Source: an uncultured Collinsella sp. (lineage in GTDB: Bacteria > Actinomycetota > Coriobacteriia > Coriobacteriales > Coriobacteriaceae). Taken from it: 64,000 nt of DNA. A program made the translations under genes and the position numbers. Below the pieces are notes generated by a model. That model made no database searches and was not told where the DNA came from. It saw only the letters and a list, made by a program, of their open reading frames with translations. This document shows positions 9,399 to 17,562 of the stretch, one piece after another (within the stretch, counting starts at the first letter, position 1; each line of letters begins with the position of its first letter). The stretch spans positions 10,888 through 74,887 of the forward strand of contig CAAETU010000048.1 of NCBI GenBank assembly GCA_900759045.1, read 5' to 3'.

Positions 9399-10057
9399 TA
9401 GGGCTCCCAGGGGCAGGGGGCTTCGATGTGGATGTGCTCGCCGGTTACGGGATGCGTGAAGGACACGCTGTGGGCATGGAGCATCAGGCCGCAGGGGCGC
9501 GGCGTTCCGTACAGGTCGTCGCCAACTAGGGGATGACGCTCGCTTGCCAGGTGCACGCGAATCTGATGCTTGCGGCCGGTGAGCAACTCGACATCGATAT
9601 ACGAGCGCGCGGGCAGGCCACGACGGCTCTTAAGGCGCTTGAGCACCTTCACGCGAGTTTGAGACGGCTTGCCGCTGGCGCCGACGCGCATCTTTCGGCT
9701 GTCGTGACGGTCGCGGGCGATGGGCTTGTCGATGAGCTTCTCGTTCCAGTCGATCTTGCCCTCGGCCAGCGCCAGATAGTGCTTTTCGAAGGCGTGGTCG
9801 ATCACCATCTGGTCAAAGGCGGGCTGCGTCTGTTTGTCGAGCGAAAACAACACCACGCCGGTGGTGTTGCGGTCCAGGCGGTTGAGCGGCTGCATGTCGG
9901 TCGCGGCAAAGCCGTCACCCATCGCCAGCAGCAGGTCGCTGGCGTAGTCGGTGAGCGTGCGCTCGCCGGTGCCGTCGCCGTGGACGATCATGCCGGCGGG
10001 CTTGTCGATGGCCATGAGCCAGGCGTCGCAGTAAAGGACTTGAGGTTCTTCGTTCAC
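9398..10057 (-). CDS. RluA family pseudouridine synthase
   Basis: IDKPAG, NRLDRNTTG (catalytic Asp), TGRKHQIRVHL, LHAHS. Confidence 0.93.
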   Translation of the reverse strand: MNEEPQVLYCDAWLMAIDKPAGMIVHGDGTGERTLTDYASDLLLAMGDGFAATDMQPLNRLDRNTTGVVLFSLDKQTQPAFDQMVIDHAFEKHYLALAEGKIDWNEKLIDKPIARDRHDSRKMRVGASGKPSQTRVKVLKRLKSRRGLPARSYIDVELLTGRKHQIRVHLASERHPLVGDDLYGTPRPCGLMLHAHSVSFTHPVTGEHIHIEAPCPWEP

Positions 10058-10072
10058 GTGTAAGCCTTTCGG

Positions 10073-12568
10073 TTAGCTAATTCCCACAAACATGCAGCCC
10101 GAGGTGGCGCCGCGCAGGCGGGCGGCGGGCTTGCGGCCGGCCTGTGCTGCTTCGACGGCACGACGGACGCGGGCGACGGCACGGCCCACCTCATCTGTCT
10201 CGAGCAGCGTTCCGTCTACCATGAGACGACGCACGCCGGCATCGAGCAGCTGAGGAACCTGCGGCGTGAGGTCGATGGGGTAGGCGTCGTACAGGCGAGA
10301 GCGGCCATGGATGTCGGTGCGTACGGGCATGACCTTGCCGTCGATATTCTTGAGCGACAGCTTGCGGGCGCGCAGGCGGCAGTTAGCGCAATCGTGGATG
10401 CAGCCATTGGCCACCTGCAGGATGCAGTGCTCACTCGTCATAACGCGCGGGCGGCCGAACACAGTGATGCCCAGGGCTGCGGGCGCGGCGGTGCCAAGCG
10501 AGACGATCTCGTCGAGCGTGATCTCGGGCGAGAGCCAAAACGCACCGGCTCCGCGCTCGGCAAGTGCCTCCATGCAGGGCGTGTTATGCACCGGCAGGCA
10601 AGAGCGAATTTCGGCCGTGGCGCCGGCATGCGCGGCTACGGCGAGCTCGGAGATATTGCCGACGGCGACGGTGGCCCCAGCATTGATCCAGGGATCGACG
10701 CGCTCGTGGTCGACGGCGCGGCAGACCTCGTCGAGTACGGGTATGATGCCCTGCTCAAATGCATCGGCAGGGGAGAGTCCGACAGCCTCGAGCGCATCGG
10801 TGGTCATGTAGATGCGCGTGGCGCCCTCGGCACGAGCTGCCTCGGCGGCTTCGAGCGTGGTGACGGTGGCGCAGATCTGCGGCTCGTCGCGGTAATGCTC
10901 GGGCGCGGGGCGGGAATCACTGGTTACAATCGCCGGCAACTCGAGCGTTTTCGCACGCTCCTCGTACGGTGCCAGAATGGCCTCTTCGAGCGCTTTACAG
11001 GCGGCGGCGCGCACCTTGTGCACTGCGGAGAAGCCCATACCGCAGCCGGCGTCGAGCGAAACGTCAAAGCTCGCAGCCTCAAAGGGCGAGGAGCCCATGC
11101 GACCGACGTGCTCCACCAGATCGGACGCCTCGACCGCACGGGTCTTGGCGGCCTCGACGGTAAAGCCCGTGGCCGTTGCCGTAAGCGAAGGGTCGTCGCA
11201 GCAGGTGAGCGTAACGGTAAACGGCTCGCCCAGACGCGCCACGATAGACACATCTACGGCTCGGCGGCGCAGCACATCGCGCTTGAGCGCGGCACCGGCG
11301 GCGTCGATGGCACGCTGACTGCGAATCACGCGCACACGGCAACCCTCGGGCATGCTACGGGGCACGCGACATTCGATGATGTCGCCGGCTGCGGCATTAT
11401 TGGCGGCAATGGTGGTCAGGAATTGGTCGAACTCATCGTCGTGGCGAAGCTCCAGCAGGTCGCCCTTGCCCATGGGCTCAAACAGCTCAATGCGGACGAT
11501 GGCGGCACGGCGACGGCGGTCGTCGGGCTTGAGGCCGCGCACATCGCGGTTGGCCGGGCGGCTGCCCAGCACCGTGCCCACGATCTGGCCGCGGTTGTTG
11601 GAACGCTCGTAGCTCATCATCTCGTCGCCCGAGGTGCCGTCCTGATAGGCGTGCGTAAAGTCGCGGTTGAAGCAGCGCTTGAGCTGGCGCTGGCGGGCGG
11701 CTTTCTCGTCCTTGGCAACGGCGACCCCTGCCAGCATGTCATCAATTTCGTGACGATACACATCAACGATGGAGTACACGTAATCGGGCGCTTTCATGCG
11801 GCCCTCGAGCTTGAGCGACGCGGCGCCGGCGTCATGCAGACGGCGAACGAGCTGTGAGGTGTTGGTGTCACGCGGGCATAGAGCGCGCTCGCGACCGGCA
11901 GGGGAGAGCGTGCGGCCGTTCTCGTCGATCAGCTCGTAAGGCAGGCGACAGGGCTGGGCGCACATGCCGCGGTTGGCCGAGCGGCCCGCCATGGCAAAGC
12001 TCGACAGCAGGCACAGACCCGAGTAGCAAAAGCAGATGGCGCCGTGGCTAAAGACCTCAAGGTCCACATCGGGCGCGGCATCGTGAATGGCGGCAATTTC
12101 GTCGATGGAAAGCTCGCGCGAGAGGGTCACGCGGTCGGCGCCCTGCTCGCGGCACCAAAGGGTTCCGCGGTCGTCATGGATGTTCGCCTGGGTCGAGATA
12201 TGTGTCTCGATGCCGGGCATCGTGCGCTTGACCTCAAAGAACAGACCCCAGTCCTGGATGATGAAGGCGTCGGCGCCCAGCGTGGAGCAGCGATGGATGA
12301 GTTGCAGCGCATCGCCCATCTCGGACTGCTTGATGACGATGTTGACCGTGACGTAGACGCGCGACCCGGCCAGGTGTGCAGCACGGCAGGCCTGCTCAAA
12401 GGCCTTATCGGTAAAGTTGGTGGCCTTGCGGCGGGCGTTGAAGCTGCCCATGCCGCAGTAGATGGCGTCTGCTCCGGCGGCGAGTGCGGCGGCAAAGGGC
12501 TCGGGCCCTCCGGCGGGCGCCAAGAGCTCGGGTCTGCGGTTGGTGGTTCGACTGGCGGTTGCGGTCAT
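10073..12568 (-). CDS. rlhA: U32 peptidase family protein with long C-terminal region, probable 23S rRNA C2501 hydroxylase
   Basis: PELLAPAG, GADAIY, HISTQ, LSREL, C-x2-YSGxC...NRGxCAQPCR, KLEGRMK; 831 aa fits the RlhA rather than TrhP architecture (inference). Confidence 0.75.
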   Translation of the reverse strand: MTATASRTTNRRPELLAPAGGPEPFAAALAAGADAIYCGMGSFNARRKATNFTDKAFEQACRAAHLAGSRVYVTVNIVIKQSEMGDALQLIHRCSTLGADAFIIQDWGLFFEVKRTMPGIETHISTQANIHDDRGTLWCREQGADRVTLSRELSIDEIAAIHDAAPDVDLEVFSHGAICFCYSGLCLLSSFAMAGRSANRGMCAQPCRLPYELIDENGRTLSPAGRERALCPRDTNTSQLVRRLHDAGAASLKLEGRMKAPDYVYSIVDVYRHEIDDMLAGVAVAKDEKAARQRQLKRCFNRDFTHAYQDGTSGDEMMSYERSNNRGQIVGTVLGSRPANRDVRGLKPDDRRRRAAIVRIELFEPMGKGDLLELRHDDEFDQFLTTIAANNAAAGDIIECRVPRSMPEGCRVRVIRSQRAIDAAGAALKRDVLRRRAVDVSIVARLGEPFTVTLTCCDDPSLTATATGFTVEAAKTRAVEASDLVEHVGRMGSSPFEAASFDVSLDAGCGMGFSAVHKVRAAACKALEEAILAPYEERAKTLELPAIVTSDSRPAPEHYRDEPQICATVTTLEAAEAARAEGATRIYMTTDALEAVGLSPADAFEQGIIPVLDEVCRAVDHERVDPWINAGATVAVGNISELAVAAHAGATAEIRSCLPVHNTPCMEALAERGAGAFWLSPEITLDEIVSLGTAAPAALGITVFGRPRVMTSEHCILQVANGCIHDCANCRLRARKLSLKNIDGKVMPVRTDIHGRSRLYDAYPIDLTPQVPQLLDAGVRRLMVDGTLLETDEVGRAVARVRRAVEAAQAGRKPAARLRGATSGCMFVGIS

Positions 12569-12674
12569 ATCCTGCCTTTCAAAATGCTCAGATACTCAAA
12601 AGTATAGTGGTGCTGTTGCGGTGGACGAGCCCTGTGGCCCAAGCAGGATAAAGTCTTCAGCAGCCCTTGCAGCA

Positions 12675-12746
12675 AAAATGATCCGTTTCCCTCCGTCCCC
12701 TATGAATCACCTGATCCGATGGGAACGGAGGGAAACAGATCATTTT
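12675..12746. repeat. 26-bp imperfect inverted repeat AAAATGATCCGTTTCCCTCCGTCCCC
   Basis: 12675-12700 vs 12721-12746 (2 mismatches); third arm at 13409-13434. Confidence 0.8.
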
Positions 12747-12946
12747 GAGCTTCACCGTCCGTTCGTGCCGTTCAGCGGCCGACAGGCGCCGTTGGGCGAT
12801 AAAATATTCTCGCAGGGTGATAATGATCTTGCATCACGCGGAAACCTTGGGTACTATCCCAAATCAAGCGCGGTGTTCAGACCGAATTGTGCCTCCCGGT
12901 GTGAACGCCGCGCTCACGCTCTCTATCTGATCGTAAGGAGAAAAAC

Positions 12947-13324
12947 ATGAGCAAGACTGTCGTGTCTTCCGATAACGCACCTGCAGCCATCGGCCCGTAT
13001 TCCCCCGGCATCCAGACCGGCAACATGGTGTTCCTGTCCGGCCAGCTGGGCATCGACCCCGCAACCGGCAAGATGCCCGAGGGCGTCGAGGCCCAGGCTA
13101 AGCAGTCCCTTGCTAACGTCGAGGCTCTGCTGATCGCTGCCGGCGCCACCTTTGCCGATGTCGTTAAGACCACGGTCTACCTGGCCGACATTGCCGACTT
13201 CGCTGCCGTGAACGAGATCTACGCCTCCAAGTTCGAGGCTCCGTTCCCCGCGCGCAGTGCTTTCCAGGTTGCCGCTCTTCCGGCTGGCGGTCTGGTCGAG
13301 ATTGAGGTCGTCGCCGCTCTCTAA
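12947..13324 (+). CDS. ridA: RidA/YjgF enamine-imine deaminase
   Basis: APAAIGPYS, LSGQL, FPARSA (catalytic Arg), LVEIE. Confidence 0.93.
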   Translation: MSKTVVSSDNAPAAIGPYSPGIQTGNMVFLSGQLGIDPATGKMPEGVEAQAKQSLANVEALLIAAGATFADVVKTTVYLADIADFAAVNEIYASKFEAPFPARSAFQVAALPAGGLVEIEVVAAL

Positions 13325-13353
13325 GGTGTTGGCAACAACTAAACATGACATGC

Positions 13354-13393
13354 AAAAAGACCCTGCAGTGCGTGTGAACTGCAGGGTCTTTTG
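13354..13393. terminator. Bidirectional intrinsic terminator between ridA and the YheO regulator
   Basis: AAAAAGACCCTGCAGT...ACTGCAGGGTCTTTT. Confidence 0.85.
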
Positions 13394-13448
13394 TCAAGCG
13401 ATGCGACAAAAATGATCCGTTTTCCTCCGTCCCCAAGGAGTCAGCGGG

Positions 13449-14105
13449 TTAGCCTTCCTTGCGGACTTTTTGCAGGTAGCGGTAGACGCTGGGCTCCGAG
13501 ATGCCCAGCGCGGTGGCGGCGCAGGCTACGGCGCCCTTGAGCATGAACACTCCGTTGCCGTTGAGGTGGCGAATGACGTCCACGCGGTCGCTCTGACCAA
13601 GCGACGCTACATCCAGCCCGCGCGCGCTCAGCAACTCGGCAATGCTGCGGTCGATGAGCTCCTGTGTGGACTCCGAAAGGCTTTCGACCTCGATAGGGGC
13701 GGGCTCCGTGCGCGTCGGCGCCGCGTCGAAGCACGCCATGAGCTGCTGTGCCATGGCGTTGATGGAGCGCACGGTCGAGAGGTCGGTGTTGACGCAGAGC
13801 ATGCCGACGATCTCGTCATTCTCGCGGATAAAGTACGTCGCTGACTCCAATGTCTTGCCACCGGCACCGCGGCCCTCGTAGCCTGTAATAAACGGCAGGT
13901 CGCGATACTTGGCGTCGTGCATGATCTTGAGTGCCAGATCGGTAGCGGGACCGCCGACCTTGCGACCGCTCACGATACCGTTGCGGATATCGACGATGGC
14001 GTGGTCGGGATCCGAGAAATCGTGCAGCACGATTTCGCTGTTTTTGCCGAGTATCTGCTCCAGGAAATCGACCATCGGCAAAAAGCGACGTACGGTCTCG
14101 TTCAC
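13449..14105 (-). CDS. YheO-like PAS + HTH transcriptional regulator (copy 1)
   Basis: EIVLHD, SGRKVGGPATDL, GMLCVN, GVFMLKGAV...SVYRYL; GTG start after AAAGGAG RBS. Confidence 0.9.
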   Translation of the reverse strand: MNETVRRFLPMVDFLEQILGKNSEIVLHDFSDPDHAIVDIRNGIVSGRKVGGPATDLALKIMHDAKYRDLPFITGYEGRGAGGKTLESATYFIRENDEIVGMLCVNTDLSTVRSINAMAQQLMACFDAAPTRTEPAPIEVESLSESTQELIDRSIAELLSARGLDVASLGQSDRVDVIRHLNGNGVFMLKGAVACAATALGISEPSVYRYLQKVRKEG

Positions 14106-14466
14106 GGGCAACTCCTTTGGGTGAAATCCAATGCCCTGAGGGCGTTCATAACAATTTTTTATCATGGTAACACGCTGCTCATCATCTCGTATATCCGCAG
14201 GTACATTGCGTAATACAGACGAGCGGTAGGAATTCGGCGGTAAACGGTCGACCAAAAGAAAAGTTAGATGTTATTTTGACCAGACACTTTCTTGACCTGC
14301 GGAAATGCATTATCTCAGCTGAAGAATAGTCTGATAACAAAAAATTATTATTGAGAATGAGAATCATCTTTAATACGATATGCAACGAAGGCACAACCTC
14401 AACCCCGCACTGCGTCACAATAGAGCGTTAGATGCGAAAACAACTACTTCGAGGATTGGTGGTCAA

Positions 14467-15861
14467 ATGACCCAGGAGACGGTTACGAACGGCACTGAAG
14501 CCCTGTTCACTCGCGAAGGCATGCCGCCCGTTAAGGAAATGATCCCGTGTGCCCTTCAGCACGTACTGGCATCGTTTGCCGGCATTATTACCCCGGCGGT
14601 CATCATGGCCGGCGTCTACGGCTTTAATAGCCAGCAGAGCACCGACATCATTCAGGTTGCGCTCATTCTTTCGGCAATCGACACGGCCCTTCAGGCCTTC
14701 GCTCCCTTCCGTCGCATCGGCGGCGGCCTGCCCATCGTCATGGGCGTTTCGTTCGCGTTCCTGCCGGCCCTGCAGGCCATGGGCGCCTCGGGCTTTAGCT
14801 TTGGCGCGCTGTTGGGCGGCGAGATCGTCGGCGGCGCCGTTGCGGTCCTCTTTGGTCTGGCCTACAGCAAGATCAAGTGGCTGTTCCCGCCCGTCGTGAC
14901 CGGTACGGTCATCTTCTCCATTGGCGTCTCTCTCTATCCCACGGCCGTCAAGTACATGGCCGGTGGCATGGGCACGCCGCTGTGGGGCACCCCGCAGGCC
15001 TGGTGCGTCGCTCTTATCACCTTCGCCGTGGTCTTTGCGCTCGCCAACTTTGGCAAGGGCACGCTCAAGCTGGGCTCCGTGTTCTTTGGCATGATCGTTG
15101 GCATGATCGTCTCCATCCCCTTTGGCATGATCGACTTCTCCAGCGTCGCCACCGCTCAGGTCTTCGCTCTTCCCAAGCTCATGCCCTACGCGCTCGAGTT
15201 TGATCCCGAGGTCTGCATTACCCTCGCTGTCGTGTTCCCCATGGTTGCCATCCAGGTTATCGGCGACGTCTCCGCTGCCTGCCTTGGTTCCATCGACCGT
15301 ATGCCCACCGAGCGCGAGCTCTCCGGCGCTATCGTGTCTCAGGGCCTCACCTCTATGGTCGGCGGCCTGCTGGGCGGTCTTCCCACCAGCGCCCTTGGCC
15401 AGAACGTGGGCATCATCTGCTCCAACAAGGTCGTCAACAAGTGGGTCTTTGTGATCATCGCGGCCGTCTTTGCCATCGCCGGTCTGTTCCCGCAGCTCTC
15501 TGCCATCCTTTCCGCTATCCCGCAGCCCGTCATCGGCGGCGCGACCGTCGGCGTCTTTGGCACCATCACCATGAACGGCGTGCGCATGTTCACCCGCGAG
15601 GGCCTCACGCAGCGCACCACCACCATCGTCGGTACCTCCGTCGTCTTTGGCCTGGGTATCTGGATGGCCAGCGGTTGCCTTGCCGGCGAGGGTATGCCTA
15701 CCTGGGTGTCCACCGTCATCGGCTCCAACGCCGTGACCCCCACCGCCATCATGGCCATCGTGCTCAACCTGATCCTTCCGCAGACGCCGGTCGTGGCTCA
15801 GCACATCGATGCTGCCAAGGATGCCGCTGTGAATCTGGTCCTGCCCGAGAGCAAGAAGTAA
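14467..15861 (+). CDS. NCS2 (xanthine/uric acid) permease, YgfU/XanQ-like
   Basis: ALQHVLA, FPPVVTGTVI, NAT signature QNVGII, PQPVIGG; many TM segments. Confidence 0.9.
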   Translation: MTQETVTNGTEALFTREGMPPVKEMIPCALQHVLASFAGIITPAVIMAGVYGFNSQQSTDIIQVALILSAIDTALQAFAPFRRIGGGLPIVMGVSFAFLPALQAMGASGFSFGALLGGEIVGGAVAVLFGLAYSKIKWLFPPVVTGTVIFSIGVSLYPTAVKYMAGGMGTPLWGTPQAWCVALITFAVVFALANFGKGTLKLGSVFFGMIVGMIVSIPFGMIDFSSVATAQVFALPKLMPYALEFDPEVCITLAVVFPMVAIQVIGDVSAACLGSIDRMPTERELSGAIVSQGLTSMVGGLLGGLPTSALGQNVGIICSNKVVNKWVFVIIAAVFAIAGLFPQLSAILSAIPQPVIGGATVGVFGTITMNGVRMFTREGLTQRTTTIVGTSVVFGLGIWMASGCLAGEGMPTWVSTVIGSNAVTPTAIMAIVLNLILPQTPVVAQHIDAAKDAAVNLVLPESKK

Positions 15862-16057
15862 CCAATTCGGTGCTATTCGCCGGCGGACGCATCGCCTCGT
15901 CCGCCGGCGCCATGCGGCGCCAAGCCGCACTTCAAAGGGCTTGTCCCTTTGGTGAAGCGTTGACGGGAGAGGGCCCGTTTCCGGTGTAGGCCGGCGCTTC
16001 GCACTTCCGCCATGTCAGAGGTGTCAAACCCCGCCTCTGATGTTGAAGGGAGCATTT

Positions 16058-17413
16058 ATGCTTCTGGTCGCTAACGGTTCCGTCTTTACCCGCAACGCTC
16101 AGACCCCGTTTATTCCAAACGGTGCGGTCGCCATTGACGGAGATACGATCGTCGAAGTGGGCCCCGAGCGCGAGCTCAAGGCCAAGTACCCGGATGCCGA
16201 GTACGTCGATGCCCAGGGCAACCTCATCATGCCCGGACTCATCAACTGCCACACCCACATCTACTCGGGTCTGGCCCGCGGCCTTGCCATTAAGGGCTGC
16301 AACCCCACCAACTTCTTGGAGAATCTCGAGCAGCAGTGGTGGAAGATCGACGACAACCTGACGCTCGACGGCACCAAGGCCAGCGCCTATGCTACGATTT
16401 TGGACTCCATCCGTGATGGCGTCACCACGATCTTCGATCACCATGCGAGCTTCTGCGAGATTTCGGGAAGCCTCTTTACCATTAAGGATGCAGCTCAGGA
16501 GCTGGGCATGCGTTCGTGCCTGTGCTACGAGGTCTCCGATCGCCGCGGCCAGGAAAAGTGCGACCAGGCCATTGCCGAGAACGCCGAATTTGCCCAGTGG
16601 GCCGCCAAGGAGCGTCGCGATAACGACAACCACATGATCGCCGCCATGTTTGGCGGACATGCTACCTTTACGCTTTCGGACGAGACCATGGATAAGATGG
16701 CCGAGGCCAACAACGGCCTGACCGGCTTCCACATCCATGTGTGCGAGGGCATGAACGACGTGTGGGACTCCCGCCTCAACCGCGGTGGCATCAGCCCCGT
16801 CGAGCGCCTGCTGCAGCACAACCTGCTGGGTCCCGACACCATGCTGGGCCACTGCATCCACGTGACGCCTGCCGAGATGGATATCGTCAAGGAGTCCGGC
16901 ACTTGGCTGGTCAACAACCCCGAATCCAATATGGGCAACGCCGTGGGCTGCGCCCCCGTGCTCGAGTTCTTCCGCCGCGGCATCCCCGTGTGCATGGGCA
17001 CCGACGCCTACACCCACGATATGCTCGAGAGCCTTAAGGTCTTCCTGATTATTCAGCGCCACAACGCCGCCATGCCCAACGTGGGCTGGTGCGAGGCCAT
17101 GACGATGCTGTTCGAGAACAACGCCAAGATGGCGAGCAAGTACTTCGATCGCAAGCTCGGTGTGCTCGAGGCCGGCGCTGCCGCCGACGTTATCGTTATG
17201 GACTACAAGCCCTTTACGCCGCTGAGCGAGGAGAATATCGACGGCCACATGCTCTTTGGCATGATGGGCAAAAACTGCCGCACCACCATCATCAACGGCC
17301 GCGTCCTGTACAAGGATCGCGAGTTCGTTGGCATTGATGAGGACAAGATCAACGCGTGGACCATGGCCGAGTCCAAGAAGCTCTGGAGCACGCTCAACGA
17401 TCGCACCTACTAA
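16058..17413 (+). CDS. ssnA: Putative aminohydrolase SsnA
   Basis: MPGLINCHTHIYS, DHHAS, HIHVCEG, NNPESNMGN, GTDAY; cluster context. Confidence 0.92.
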   Translation: MLLVANGSVFTRNAQTPFIPNGAVAIDGDTIVEVGPERELKAKYPDAEYVDAQGNLIMPGLINCHTHIYSGLARGLAIKGCNPTNFLENLEQQWWKIDDNLTLDGTKASAYATILDSIRDGVTTIFDHHASFCEISGSLFTIKDAAQELGMRSCLCYEVSDRRGQEKCDQAIAENAEFAQWAAKERRDNDNHMIAAMFGGHATFTLSDETMDKMAEANNGLTGFHIHVCEGMNDVWDSRLNRGGISPVERLLQHNLLGPDTMLGHCIHVTPAEMDIVKESGTWLVNNPESNMGNAVGCAPVLEFFRRGIPVCMGTDAYTHDMLESLKVFLIIQRHNAAMPNVGWCEAMTMLFENNAKMASKYFDRKLGVLEAGAAADVIVMDYKPFTPLSEENIDGHMLFGMMGKNCRTTIINGRVLYKDREFVGIDEDKINAWTMAESKKLWSTLNDRTY

Positions 17414-17562
17414 TTCACAAGTAGATTCGCGCGCGTCGGATGTTTCGCCACATCCGGCGCGCGCATAGGCGGCCTCCGCGGGGTCGCCGGCGCTGTGCTA
17501 GCGCTACACCGTATTTGCGCCCGCCGCGCGGTCTCGCCGGGCGTTACAGAGAGGAACTCATT

